A stretch of 64,000 nt of DNA from an uncultured Pseudomonadota bacterium (GTDB lineage: Bacteria; Babelota; Babeliae; Babelales; CAIQNR01): assembly GCA_964570505.1 (NCBI GenBank), contig CAZMYL010000001.1, positions 143,501 to 207,500 on the forward strand. The letters are read 5' to 3'. A program made the position numbers and the translations under genes. The notes below the pieces were generated by a model. The model saw only the letters and a list, made by a program, of their open reading frames with translations. It was not told the origin of the DNA and searched no databases. Below, piece after piece: positions 54,490-63,575 of this stretch (positions are counted from its first letter, which is position 1; every line of letters starts with the position of its first letter).

Positions 54490-55803
54490 ATGAGTTCGGA
54501 TATAACAAATTCGTTACTTTCAATGCAGCTTATTTATTTTTCGATAGCGCTTTTTTTCTGTGCATTATTTTCATTTTTAGAGACAGCAGTTACTGCACTG
54601 CGTCTTTTTAATTTAAACGAAATTGCAAAAAGCACGCGCGGTTATACTAATTTACTTACAGTTTTAGAAAAAGAACCTCAACGTGTTTTAATTTCTATTT
54701 TAATAGCAAATAGTATTGCAGATGTTACTTCTGCTGCTCTTATTACAAGAATGATGGAAGATTTTTTTAAATCTTTACAGCTTTCAGAAGGATTGGGATT
54801 TTCTTTAGGGATTGCAATTGCAACAGCAACAACGTTATTGGTTGGTGAAGTAATACCTAAAAATGTAGCACAAGCTCATGGTCCTCAACTTTTTAAATCA
54901 ACATTATGGCTTACTAATATTACATTTTATATTATGTCTCCATTAGTTAATATTCTTTCTAAAATTTCAAATTTTATTGTTTCTTTGGTTAAAAATAGTT
55001 CTGATCAAGAAGACAGTACTGAAACATATACATCAGAAAAAGAGATTCAATTTCTTATAGATTATATTAACAAAAAAGGAATGATGGATACTGATAAAAC
55101 ACAAATGTTACATAGTATTTTTGATCTTGGACATACAACTGTTAAAGAAATTATGGTGCCAGAAACGGATATTGTAACAGTAAATGTTTCATGTTCGTTG
55201 CAAGAAGCATTAGATCTTTTTTCTCGATACCATTTTTCTAGACTTCCTGTATATGAAGGTCAAAATGATAATATTATAGGAATGGTGCATCAAAAAGATG
55301 CATATTTAGTTTTACTAAAAAATGAGAAAAAAACATTGCAAGAACTTGTTCGTCCTATTTTATTTGTTCCAGAAAGCATGAAAGTTAATCAATTATTGCG
55401 CCAATTTAAACAACAGCGGCATCATATAGCGATGGTACTTAATGAATATGGTGGCATTATTGGTTTAGTAACACTTGAAGATGCTATAGAAGAGATTGTT
55501 GGAGAAATAAATGATGAACACGAGTCAGTTCCTGAAGCAATAGTTACATTAGAGCAAGGTGGATGGCTTGTTTCTGCAAGTGTAGACCTTGATGAACTTG
55601 AAAAACTTTTAAACGTTCGTTTTGAATGTGATGATGCTGTGACTTTGGGTGGATTTGTAAGTGAAAAATTGCAAAGACTACCAAAAAAAGGAGAACGTCT
55701 TTCTTATAAAGGATATGTTTTTCAAATTCAAAAATCATCAGAAAAACGTATATTTCAGGTTCTAATTTTTAAAGATAATATACCGGATTCTTTTATTATG
55801 TAA
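54490..55803 (+). CDS. CNNM/DUF21 membrane protein with a CBS pair and CorC_HlyC domain (hemolysin-family / Mg/Co efflux-like)
   Basis: Four N-terminal TM helices (DUF21), a CBS pair region (TVKEIMVPETDIV...RLPVYEG...IGMVHQKD) and a C-terminal CorC/HlyC domain. Confidence 0.8.
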   Translation: MSSDITNSLLSMQLIYFSIALFFCALFSFLETAVTALRLFNLNEIAKSTRGYTNLLTVLEKEPQRVLISILIANSIADVTSAALITRMMEDFFKSLQLSEGLGFSLGIAIATATTLLVGEVIPKNVAQAHGPQLFKSTLWLTNITFYIMSPLVNILSKISNFIVSLVKNSSDQEDSTETYTSEKEIQFLIDYINKKGMMDTDKTQMLHSIFDLGHTTVKEIMVPETDIVTVNVSCSLQEALDLFSRYHFSRLPVYEGQNDNIIGMVHQKDAYLVLLKNEKKTLQELVRPILFVPESMKVNQLLRQFKQQRHHIAMVLNEYGGIIGLVTLEDAIEEIVGEINDEHESVPEAIVTLEQGGWLVSASVDLDELEKLLNVRFECDDAVTLGGFVSEKLQRLPKKGERLSYKGYVFQIQKSSEKRIFQVLIFKDNIPDSFIM

Positions 55804-55878
55804 TTATGAATTTGTATGTTCTTATGTGCATTTTGTGATGCAGGATAGTCACTTATTGTCGCTAAAGGATATATAATC

Positions 55879-56289
55879 ATGCCTTATAAAAGAATAATAT
55901 TAATCATGTTGTGTGTTTTTATTCATAGTGAAATACTAACTAATCAAGTTAATATTTCACATCAAAATGAATCTAATAATGCTGGAAAATTAGTTTCATA
56001 TTTTTTAAGAGATATCTTAGGTGGGATTGTTGGCCTTAAAGCAAATCAGGGAAATTCTCAAGAAGCATCAGCATCATTAAAACAGGTCTTAAATGGCATG
56101 GCTGGTTTAGTAGAGACAGTTCTTGAAGAAAATAAAGTACGTGGAGTTTCAATATCATCAGAAGATATTGAAACTATAATGTTATATTTAAAAAATATAA
56201 TCAAATATTCTCTTGATACAGAACAAGGTCAAAAAGCATTAGAGGTATTGCTTAAAGACTTAAATTTATTAAAAAAAGAAAATAAATAG
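55879..56289 (+). CDS. hypothetical exported protein, 136 aa
   Basis: Signal-like MPYKRIILIMLCVFIHSEI. No family recognised. Confidence 0.5.
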   Translation: MPYKRIILIMLCVFIHSEILTNQVNISHQNESNNAGKLVSYFLRDILGGIVGLKANQGNSQEASASLKQVLNGMAGLVETVLEENKVRGVSISSEDIETIMLYLKNIIKYSLDTEQGQKALEVLLKDLNLLKKENK

Positions 56290-56420
56290 TTCAATTAAAA
56301 TTATTATATTATCGGATCTATCCTGCATCTTTTATTGTAATAATAATATTTTTTCATTTACACTACTTTTTACGCAGTGTGTTAATTGAATCATTATTTA
56401 TTATAAAAAAAGGAGTAGCA

Positions 56421-56477
56421 ATGAATATGTTTTTAAAATTCATATTATTATGCGTTATAATTTTTCCTCAATTATAG
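56421..56477 (+). CDS. possible 18-aa hydrophobic mini-ORF
   Basis: SD AGGAG lies 5 nt before the ATG. The product is MNMFLKFILLCVIIFPQL*. Not in the ORF track. It could be a relic signal-peptide fragment. Confidence 0.2.
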   Translation: MNMFLKFILLCVIIFPQL

Positions 56478-56483
56478 AATATC

Positions 56484-57833
56484 TTATGGGAAGCAATATT
56501 CTTGCACAACAACCATTTCATAAGGTTCTAATCCAACAGAAACAATTGCTATAGGAACTCCTGCAAGACACTCAAGTTGTTTTAAAAAAATGCGAGCTTC
56601 TTGCGGTAGTTCACTAAAAGTCCGTGCATTTCGAGTCGATTTTTTCCATCCAGGAAAAACAATATAATGAGGCACAACTCGTTTTTGATCTTCAAGTGCT
56701 GGTGCAGGGTAATCAAGATGTCTTCCGTCAAGGTCGTAATCGATGCACATTTTTATTTCATCAAGATCATCAAGTAAATGTAAACCATTAAATGCTATAC
56801 AATCGGCTCCGTTTATCATAACTGCTTGACGTATCATAACAAGATCAATCCATCCGTATTGATGTTTTGGATTGTATATTTTTCCAAATTTTGTTTTTAC
56901 CATATTTGAAACTTCGGGGTCTTCTATTGCAGTAATAATTTTTTCAGTTCCTGGGTAAATACTATAAGAATCTACAATTGCTATAACAGTTTTGATTCGT
57001 TTAAATCCAACACCTGCAGAGCTACAAATGCTTGAAGCAAGAGCACTTACTCCTGAAGTATAAGAGCATGTTCCATGAGTACTATCAAGATAAGTACCAT
57101 AAGGACTATCAAAAAGACCTATTTTGCCATGGCTTAACATTTGATTAAATTTAAGCTCAATTCCATCACGAACATAAGGTTTTAGTATTTTTCTGTATTT
57201 AGTAAATGTATTATAAACTTCTTTAAAATCTATTGGCTTGTTTTCATAGAGTTTAATAATGATATCATTTCCTCTTTGAACATTTTCTTTAAGAAGGTCC
57301 TTATAACCGGCGCTCATTAAATCTGCTATTCTAAAGGCAACACCCATACATTTATCTGATCCTGCAGCGCCAACACCTACGCGTACACCAGATCCGATTC
57401 GACATGTTTTTTTCTTACGACTATAGTGTCCAATGCTTTTTTGATAAGGCATTAAAATTTGTGCGCTTGCAGATATTCGAATTCTTTTTTTTGTATCAAT
57501 TCCGAGCTTTTCAAGATCTTCAAGTTCCTTAATAAGTAAATCAGGATCAATAAGTGTTCCTGGAGCAATGTATACTTTAATTGCAGGCGATTGTAAAATT
57601 CCAACAGGGATATGATAAAAATTGTAAGAAACACCATCAACAGTTGCTTTGTGAGGATTTGTATAAGGAGCTTTTGTTTGGACTAAAAAATCAGATTTTC
57701 TTGCAAGATAATCTAAAATAACGGTTTGATAGTCATTGGTCCAACCTGTACCAATTGCAACCATACCATACGCTCTTTTTGAGTTAACATTACAAAATAA
57801 AAGTGCAACTACTATAATAGTAAATTTTTTCAT
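56484..57833 (-). CDS. exported adenylosuccinate synthetase (PurA)-like protein with degenerate catalytic motifs
   Basis: SD AAGGAG lies 7 nt before the ATG at 57833. Signal-like MKKFTIIVVALLFCNVNSKRAYG. The protein is collinear with PurA over its full length (IPVGIL, LDSTHGTCSYTSG, YGWIDLVMIRQAV, FPGW, VSVG). The P-loop, GGHNAGHT, GTTGRGIGP, TTGRRRR and (N/T)KLD motifs are all replaced. The track ORF extends to 57893. Confidence 0.7.
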   Translation of the reverse strand: MKKFTIIVVALLFCNVNSKRAYGMVAIGTGWTNDYQTVILDYLARKSDFLVQTKAPYTNPHKATVDGVSYNFYHIPVGILQSPAIKVYIAPGTLIDPDLLIKELEDLEKLGIDTKKRIRISASAQILMPYQKSIGHYSRKKKTCRIGSGVRVGVGAAGSDKCMGVAFRIADLMSAGYKDLLKENVQRGNDIIIKLYENKPIDFKEVYNTFTKYRKILKPYVRDGIELKFNQMLSHGKIGLFDSPYGTYLDSTHGTCSYTSGVSALASSICSSAGVGFKRIKTVIAIVDSYSIYPGTEKIITAIEDPEVSNMVKTKFGKIYNPKHQYGWIDLVMIRQAVMINGADCIAFNGLHLLDDLDEIKMCIDYDLDGRHLDYPAPALEDQKRVVPHYIVFPGWKKSTRNARTFSELPQEARIFLKQLECLAGVPIAIVSVGLEPYEMVVVQEYCFP

Positions 57834-57916
57834 AATCTTCTCCTTACTATAAGGACGGTAGTCTGCCTTAAAAGTAATAATCTGTAAACCCATCTATTTA
57901 TTGTTTGATAGGCTTG

Positions 57917-57959
57917 TTAAAATTAATTTAAAAATTTTTGACTTTTAAATTAATTTTAA
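57917..57959. repeat. perfect 17-bp-arm A/T palindrome in a divergent intergenic region
   Basis: TTAAAATTAATTTAAAA ATTTTTGAC TTTTAAATTAATTTTAA, located about 85 nt upstream of the PurA-like gene start. Confidence 0.6.
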
Positions 57960-58139
57960 CAGTTCAAAAAAGATGGTAATTAGTGGTTTGAAAAAAGAAT
58001 ATTTTCATGGATCAATACATTTAGAATGATTTTTGTTTGTTGTCAGAAGTTGTCAATCCATATACATGCATTTATTCAAATGATTTTTAAGATCATTATT
58101 TTTAATGAGTGCTTTTAGATAGGTTCTAAATAAATTTGA

Positions 58140-58220
58140 TGATGAGTATCAAATTGTTGGCACTACAAAAGCCTATTTTAGTGAGAAAGAGATTTTGCAG
58201 TCATTTGTAAAATAATTAAG
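58140..58220 (+). pseudogene. orphan perfect copy of the murE 3' end (last 24 codons, stop and 5 nt)
   Basis: 81/81 identity with 63362-63442 (offset 5222). An in-frame TAG lies upstream at 58120-58122 and there is no start codon, so it is not expressed as murE. Confidence 0.85.
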
Positions 58221-58359
58221 CTCATTTTTTTAAAAATCATAATAAATTTGGCTTAATCGAATTCTTTGATGCCCTTTTTGGTTTTTGTAAAATTGACTAT
58301 TTTTTAAATTTATATATTCTAATTGAATAATTTAATATAAAAAAATAGAGGTTATAATT

Positions 58360-59901
58360 ATGTTATTTAAGAAATTTTTTTTATTATTTTCTATTTGTGG
58401 TAATTATAAAGATCCTGTAAAAAGTGAACCTTTAGAATGTTCTGAAAACAGTAAAACTTCTGATTCTCCTTATTTAAGACGTATTCCAAGAGATCCTATT
58501 ACATATTTTCAATTCAAATTTGCAACAGAAAACGAAAAGGCTATAAATTATGAGAGAAGTTTAAAAAAATCAGTCGTTCCTGGCTATGATTTTACTGACT
58601 TATATGTAAAAAAAGAAAAAGAATTTATAGAAAATGATGGTGGTATTTATGCTTCTGCATTTTGTCAATTATTGATAAGCCGATCTGTTTCTGTTACGGG
58701 AAAAAGTCAATTACATAATATAGTAAGCCCAGTAAATGTTTATACATTTAAAAACAGGCCTGATACTCGAGCTTGTGCATATTTTCATACAATATGGTTT
58801 AAGGAATCTAGTTTGAAAAGAACATCTTTGTCTGAAAATTGTTTTACAGCATTGCATGAACTTCATCATATTATACACGGTGATTATAGAAGTAACAAAA
58901 GCATGTATAATCATTTTAATGATAGGTTTTCTACAGAGGAATCATATTCAAAATATATAGAATATAGTGCTGATGTAGGCGCTTTAGAGTATATGGGTTC
59001 AGCTGCAGCTATTAATGAAGTAGCTGAAAAATGTCCTGATGATTATAATTCAAGTAATGGTTATTTAAATAAAAAACAATATATGGAATTTGCTAAAGAA
59101 GCGCGAAAACAAGAAGATCAGTTTAAAGCTAATTTTTCCTATAATGATATGATTTTGCAACAAAAAGAATTTACACAAGATGATTTAAATCAATTTAAAT
59201 TTAACAATACAACTAAAAAAGAGTTGCTCCAAGATCAAGAAGAACATGCAGCGTATATGAAAAACTTGTCTTCTGATAATGATAATAATAATGAATTTCA
59301 AGCAGTTAATGATCGTAAAATGACGATGCTTTTAGCAATCCAAAAAAAATTACATATTGAAATTCAATTATTTGATATTGATGAAGAAAATAATGATCTG
59401 AAAAACAAGCTTTATATAAAATTATTGCATATTCATTCTATGCTAGAAGAGTCGGGATATATTAATCAAAAAGTGTATTCTGATGAATTTTATTATAATG
59501 GTCCTTCTTATATTGATAAAGAAAATAATGATCTGAAAAACAAGCTTTATATAAAATTATTGCATGTTAACTCTATGCTAGAAGAACATGCGTATATTAA
59601 TGCAAGAGTGCATTCGGATCAATTTCAGTATCAATATCCTTCTGATGTTAATGCTGAAGAGCTTAAAAAAAGATCATTTAATGATTTAAAAGGCAACCAA
59701 GATAAAAGTGAGCGATGGTTATTATCTAATTTATTTGCAGCATTGCAATATAATAATTTAGATAAATTAGAAGTTGATCTTAATTGGGTTGATCTAGAAA
59801 TAACAAAAGCTAATTTAGAACGTAATCAAGAAGAAGTTGAAAGACTTAAATGTATTAAAGCAAATTATGAAGAGCAGATTGAGAGTCTAAAAGGTAGTTA
59901 A
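58360..59901 (+). CDS. hypothetical HExxH-motif protein (putative zinc metalloprotease) with a coiled-coil/repeat C-terminal half
   Basis: 513 aa with a hydrophobic N-terminus MLFKKFFLLFSICG. ALHELHHIIHGD contains HExxH. There is a 45-aa internal tandem repeat, and the C-terminus is rich in E/K/N/L heptads. Confidence 0.65.
   Translation: MLFKKFFLLFSICGNYKDPVKSEPLECSENSKTSDSPYLRRIPRDPITYFQFKFATENEKAINYERSLKKSVVPGYDFTDLYVKKEKEFIENDGGIYASAFCQLLISRSVSVTGKSQLHNIVSPVNVYTFKNRPDTRACAYFHTIWFKESSLKRTSLSENCFTALHELHHIIHGDYRSNKSMYNHFNDRFSTEESYSKYIEYSADVGALEYMGSAAAINEVAEKCPDDYNSSNGYLNKKQYMEFAKEARKQEDQFKANFSYNDMILQQKEFTQDDLNQFKFNNTTKKELLQDQEEHAAYMKNLSSDNDNNNEFQAVNDRKMTMLLAIQKKLHIEIQLFDIDEENNDLKNKLYIKLLHIHSMLEESGYINQKVYSDEFYYNGPSYIDKENNDLKNKLYIKLLHVNSMLEEHAYINARVHSDQFQYQYPSDVNAEELKKRSFNDLKGNQDKSERWLLSNLFAALQYNNLDKLEVDLNWVDLEITKANLERNQEEVERLKCIKANYEEQIESLKGS
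59386..59655 (+). repeat. internal tandem repeat, 2 x 135 nt, within the HExxH gene
   Basis: ENNDLKNKLYIKLLH(I/V)(H/N)SMLEE... occurs twice. The first 45 nt of each unit are identical (GAAAATAATGATCTGAAAAACAAGCTTTATATAAAATTATTGCAT). Confidence 0.8.
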
Positions 59902-59905
59902 ATTT

Positions 59906-59982
59906 TGGTGTGCCCAACAGGAATTGAACCTGTGGCCTACAGATTAGGAATCTGTCGCTCTATCCAACTGAGCTATGGGCAC
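59906..59982 (-). tRNA. tRNA-Arg (anticodon CCT), CCA encoded
   Basis: Hand-folded: acceptor GTGCCCA/TGGGCAC, D arm GCTC-AGTTGGATA-GAGC, anticodon stem ACAGA/TCTGT with loop TTCCTAA, T arm ACAGG-TTCAATT-CCTGT, and 3' ACCA. Confidence 0.9.
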
Positions 59983-60053
59983 ATTTTAATGAGATTAGTT
60001 TTTTTAAATAGAACCCTTACATAATAACAAAAGATGTGAAAAAAAATAGGTAT

Positions 60054-60479
60054 TTAATCTTCATACTCTGTGGTGTTGTTTAAATTGTTTTGAAATTGTA
60101 ATCGCATTAAATATCCTTCTAAGATAAGTGCTGCAGCTTTTGAATGAATTTCTAACTTTTCACCTTTTTTTCCTAAATTTTGGGCTTGCTTACTAGTAAG
60201 CCGTTCGTCATAAAATTCCCATTTTTGATTTGGAAATTGTAATGATAGTTCTTCTTTAAGAAGAACTATTTTTTTTGTTTGTTCGCTTTCAGTTCCTCGA
60301 AGTGTTTGTGGATATCCTACAACAACTATTGAAATTGATTCGTGTAAAAACAATTCTTTTAAAAAATCTTGTAATTGGTTAAGAGGTACAGTTTTAAAAG
60401 GTCTGGCAAGTATTCTTGATGCATCGGTAATTGCGGTTCCTACCCATTGGTCACCAAGATCTAAAGCTATAATTTTCAT
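60054..60479 (-). CDS. ruvX: Holliday-junction-resolvase-like pre-16S rRNA nuclease RuvX (YqgF)
   Basis: MKIIALDLGDQWVGTAITD is the YqgF N-terminal signature. Size is 141 aa. Confidence 0.85.
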   Translation of the reverse strand: MKIIALDLGDQWVGTAITDASRILARPFKTVPLNQLQDFLKELFLHESISIVVVGYPQTLRGTESEQTKKIVLLKEELSLQFPNQKWEFYDERLTSKQAQNLGKKGEKLEIHSKAAALILEGYLMRLQFQNNLNNTTEYED

Positions 60480-60625
60480 TACATTTCCTTATTTAATAAG
60501 AGCTTATTTTTTCTATTATATGGCTTTATTATATCAAAATTCTGAAGACATTCATAAAAGAGTCTTGTATACTCGCTTTTTAAATAATAGTTAGTGCGTT
60601 TAATCTTCTACGAAAGGAAACTACT

Positions 60626-61999
60626 ATGATCGCTGATTTGATCTATAAGTTTCAGCACGCTGTTCATGCAGTTAAAGATGTTATATGGAGTTTGCCGTTT
60701 ATAATTTTTTTTGTTGCGGTTGCTTGTATTATTACAATTGCATTACGTTTTATTCAATTTAGAACTTTTGTAAAAAGCTGTCAGCTTGTTTTTTTTCCTG
60801 AAAAATCAACAGGTTCAAAATCAGGAGATATGTCATCTTTTCAAGCATTTTTAAATACTTTAAGTGTTAGTATAGGTAATGGATGTCTTTCTGGTACAGC
60901 CGTAGCTCTTTTTGCAGGAGGACCTGGCGTTGCTTTTTGGATGTTTGTAGTGGGATTGCTTTGTATGGCAATTAGATTTGCAGAGGTTTTTTTAGCAGTT
61001 TCTTTTGGTTTGGAAAATAAAGATAAAAATAAATTAGGCGGACCATTTCTTTATATAGAAAAACTACCAGGTGGAATGATTTTAACTTATTTATATGGTA
61101 TTGCATGTTTGTTTTTTAGTTTAACAGGTGGTAATGCTATGCAATGCAATACTATTAGTACTTCATTTAACAAGATGATTCCTTCTAATTGGTATTTGTA
61201 TGATGACATTTCTATAGTTAAATTAATGTTAGGTTTAATTTTAGCATCTTTTTCGATGTACATTCTAATTGGTGGAACAAAACGAATAGTAAAAGTTATA
61301 GAAAAGGTTGTTCCTCTTAAAGTAGGTCTTTTCTTTTTTACTATTTTGATAGTCCTTGCTTATTATTGGTCTCATATTCCTGCAGCCATTGCTCTTATTA
61401 TGGATAATGCATTTACTCCTCAAGCAATGGGTGGTGCTGCAATGGGGTTAACACTTCAGCAAGTTTTTTATCATGCAGCATATGCTACAGTTAATGCTAG
61501 TGAGGCTGGTCTTGGAACAGCTTCTGTGTTGTATGGAAGTACAGGGTCAAAAGAACCTATTAATGATGCATCTTCAAGTATGTTAAGTACATTTATTAGT
61601 AACAATATTGCAATGACTATGGTGGCAATTGCTTTGATTGCAAGTGGCGCTTGGATGTCTGGTGAAACTGGGGCTCCAATGGTTATTGAAGCATATCAAT
61701 CTGTTTTTGGTTATTATGGTGGATGGATTTTAACTGGATTAACTTTACCATTTGGTATTGGTGTTATTGTTCCTTATTGTTACATTGGGTATCAATCGTG
61801 GACTTATGTAACTGGTGGTAGAGCTATGGGATTATTCCCAATAATTTTTGTAGCAGTTTCATTTTTAGGGGCTATAGCTGATATTAGTGAGTTATGGACA
61901 TTAATTAGTATAGTGATTGCAGCCCTTTTAATAGTAAACTTGCTTGCTATGCTCTATTTTATACCTTATATGCGTAAACATGTTTTGAAAAAACAATAA
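60626..61999 (+). CDS. agcS: alanine/glycine:cation symporter (AGCS family)
   Basis: 457 aa polytopic protein. SFQAFLNTLSVSIGNGCLSGTAVALFAGGPGVAFWMF matches the AGCS signature region. Confidence 0.75.
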   Translation: MIADLIYKFQHAVHAVKDVIWSLPFIIFFVAVACIITIALRFIQFRTFVKSCQLVFFPEKSTGSKSGDMSSFQAFLNTLSVSIGNGCLSGTAVALFAGGPGVAFWMFVVGLLCMAIRFAEVFLAVSFGLENKDKNKLGGPFLYIEKLPGGMILTYLYGIACLFFSLTGGNAMQCNTISTSFNKMIPSNWYLYDDISIVKLMLGLILASFSMYILIGGTKRIVKVIEKVVPLKVGLFFFTILIVLAYYWSHIPAAIALIMDNAFTPQAMGGAAMGLTLQQVFYHAAYATVNASEAGLGTASVLYGSTGSKEPINDASSSMLSTFISNNIAMTMVAIALIASGAWMSGETGAPMVIEAYQSVFGYYGGWILTGLTLPFGIGVIVPYCYIGYQSWTYVTGGRAMGLFPIIFVAVSFLGAIADISELWTLISIVIAALLIVNLLAMLYFIPYMRKHVLKKQ

Positions 62000-62009
62000 A
62001 TTATAATTT

Positions 62010-63437
62010 ATGAAACTATCTCAAAAAATAAGCATGCCTGTTACTTTTCCTGTAGCAGCTCATACAGATAATGTTGGTCAAGGAACAATATTTGTTGCAA
62101 TTTCTGGCCAGCATTATGATGGAATTTTGTATATTCCACAAGCTATAGCAAAGGGTGCTTCTCGTATAATTATTCAACAAAATGCAGTTGTTCCAGAAGA
62201 TATTTTATTATTGCTTACTATGCATGAAATTCCACTTACTCGAGTGGATAATCCTCGCAAGGCATTGGCAGAATTAAGTAATCAAATGGCAGATTATCCT
62301 TCAAAGCAATTGAAAATTATTGGAATTACTGGAACTAAAGGAAAAACAACATCTGTTTATATTTTAGAAGCTCTTTTAAAGAGAATGGGTAAAAAAGTTG
62401 CTCGATTAAGCACTGTTTCTAATGCAATTGATGGTTATGAATTAACTGCTCCGCTTACGACTGCTCAACCAGATTATTTACATCAATTTTTTAGATTATG
62501 TCTTGATCAAAGCATTGAATATGTAGTTATGGAAATTGCAGCTCAAGCTACAACTTTTAATAGAATTGATGATATTCAATTAGACGCTCTTATTTTTACT
62601 AATTTAGAAAGAGAACATGCCGAATTGTATCCTGATATAGAGGATTATTTTCAAGCAAAATATAAAATTATAGATCATGTAAAAAGTGATGGATATGTGA
62701 TTGTTAATGCGGATGATATGTACGGGCAACGCATTTTAAAACAAAATAACTGTGCACGGGCATTTTCTTTTAAAGATGGAAATTCTGTTTATAGTTATGT
62801 TCAATACAGTCAAGAAAAAATAAAAATAATGATTAATGAATATGAATATGTTCTTAATTATAAGGGAATTCCTGGTATTTTTAATGCATATAATTTAGCA
62901 GGGGCTTTTATTGTTTTATTTTATTTAGGTATCTCTTTAGATCAATTGCTAGATGGGATTATTGAGTTTCCAAAAATACCAGGCCGATTAGAAGAGTATG
63001 CATTGCCTAATGGTGCGTGTGCTTATATTGATTATGCTCATACGGCAGGATCATTTAAAAGTTTGTTGTCTGTTGTACGTCAATGGACTGACCATTTGAT
63101 TGTTGTATTTGGTGCAGGTGGTGGTAAAGATTCTATAAAGCGTCCAGAAATGGGAAGAATTGCATCTGAATATAGTGACCTTATTATTCTTACAACTGAT
63201 AATCCTCGACAAGAAGATCCAAAAAAAATAATTGAAGATATTATGGTAGGAATTTTTGAAAAAGATAAAGTATTGGTTGAGCTTGATAGATCTAGAGCTA
63301 TACAAATGGCTTATAATTATTCAAAAAAAAGTTCTATTATTATGCTTCTTGGAAAAGGTCCTGATGAGTATCAAATTGTTGGCACTACAAAAGCCTATTT
63401 TAGTGAGAAAGAGATTTTGCAGTCATTTGTAAAATAA
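62010..63437 (+). CDS. murE: UDP-N-acetylmuramoyl-L-alanyl-D-glutamate--2,6-diaminopimelate ligase
   Basis: Mur ligase P-loop GITGTKGKTT and the DAP-specific DNPR motif in TTDNPRQEDP. 475 aa. Confidence 0.9.
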   Translation: MKLSQKISMPVTFPVAAHTDNVGQGTIFVAISGQHYDGILYIPQAIAKGASRIIIQQNAVVPEDILLLLTMHEIPLTRVDNPRKALAELSNQMADYPSKQLKIIGITGTKGKTTSVYILEALLKRMGKKVARLSTVSNAIDGYELTAPLTTAQPDYLHQFFRLCLDQSIEYVVMEIAAQATTFNRIDDIQLDALIFTNLEREHAELYPDIEDYFQAKYKIIDHVKSDGYVIVNADDMYGQRILKQNNCARAFSFKDGNSVYSYVQYSQEKIKIMINEYEYVLNYKGIPGIFNAYNLAGAFIVLFYLGISLDQLLDGIIEFPKIPGRLEEYALPNGACAYIDYAHTAGSFKSLLSVVRQWTDHLIVVFGAGGGKDSIKRPEMGRIASEYSDLIILTTDNPRQEDPKKIIEDIMVGIFEKDKVLVELDRSRAIQMAYNYSKKSSIIMLLGKGPDEYQIVGTTKAYFSEKEILQSFVK

Positions 63438-63512
63438 TTAAGAGCTTATCTAAAAACTAAATGTTCTTGAGAATAATGATCTGGAAGAACATTTGAACAA
63501 ATAATTGTATAT

Positions 63513-63575
63513 GACTTAAATGTATTAAAGCGAATTATCCAAAACAAATTAAAAATTTAAAGGGTAATGAATTTT
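63513..63575 (+). pseudogene. decayed relic of the 3' end of an HExxH-gene paralogue
   Basis: Collinear, at the same 3670-nt offset as the tRNAs, with 59843-59905. The first 26 nt match 25/26, and overall 49/63. Most differences are G to A in the relic. Confidence 0.6.

Noticed and set aside
55838-56332. 12-bp inverted repeat (GATGCAGGATAG / CTATCCTGCATC) flanking the 136-aa exported-protein gene.
   Set aside because: The match does not extend beyond 12 bp. At this length one such local inverted pair is expected by chance somewhere in 64 kb, and there is no target-site duplication.
57834-57893. 20-codon N-terminal extension of the PurA-like ORF (MGLQIITFKADYRPYSKEKI) given in the ORF track.
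   Set aside because: The internal ATG at 57833 has a consensus AAGGAG SD 7 nt upstream and yields a canonical signal peptide. The upstream ATG has no SD. The longer form cannot be excluded without experimental data.
58040-58130. Roughly 70% similarity between the reverse complement of this stretch and the murE-downstream region 63445-63515, hinting at an inverted duplication.
   Set aside because: Both regions are partly palindromic A/T-rich hairpins, which inflates similarity in either orientation. The by-eye alignment needs gaps and I cannot establish significance without a proper alignment.
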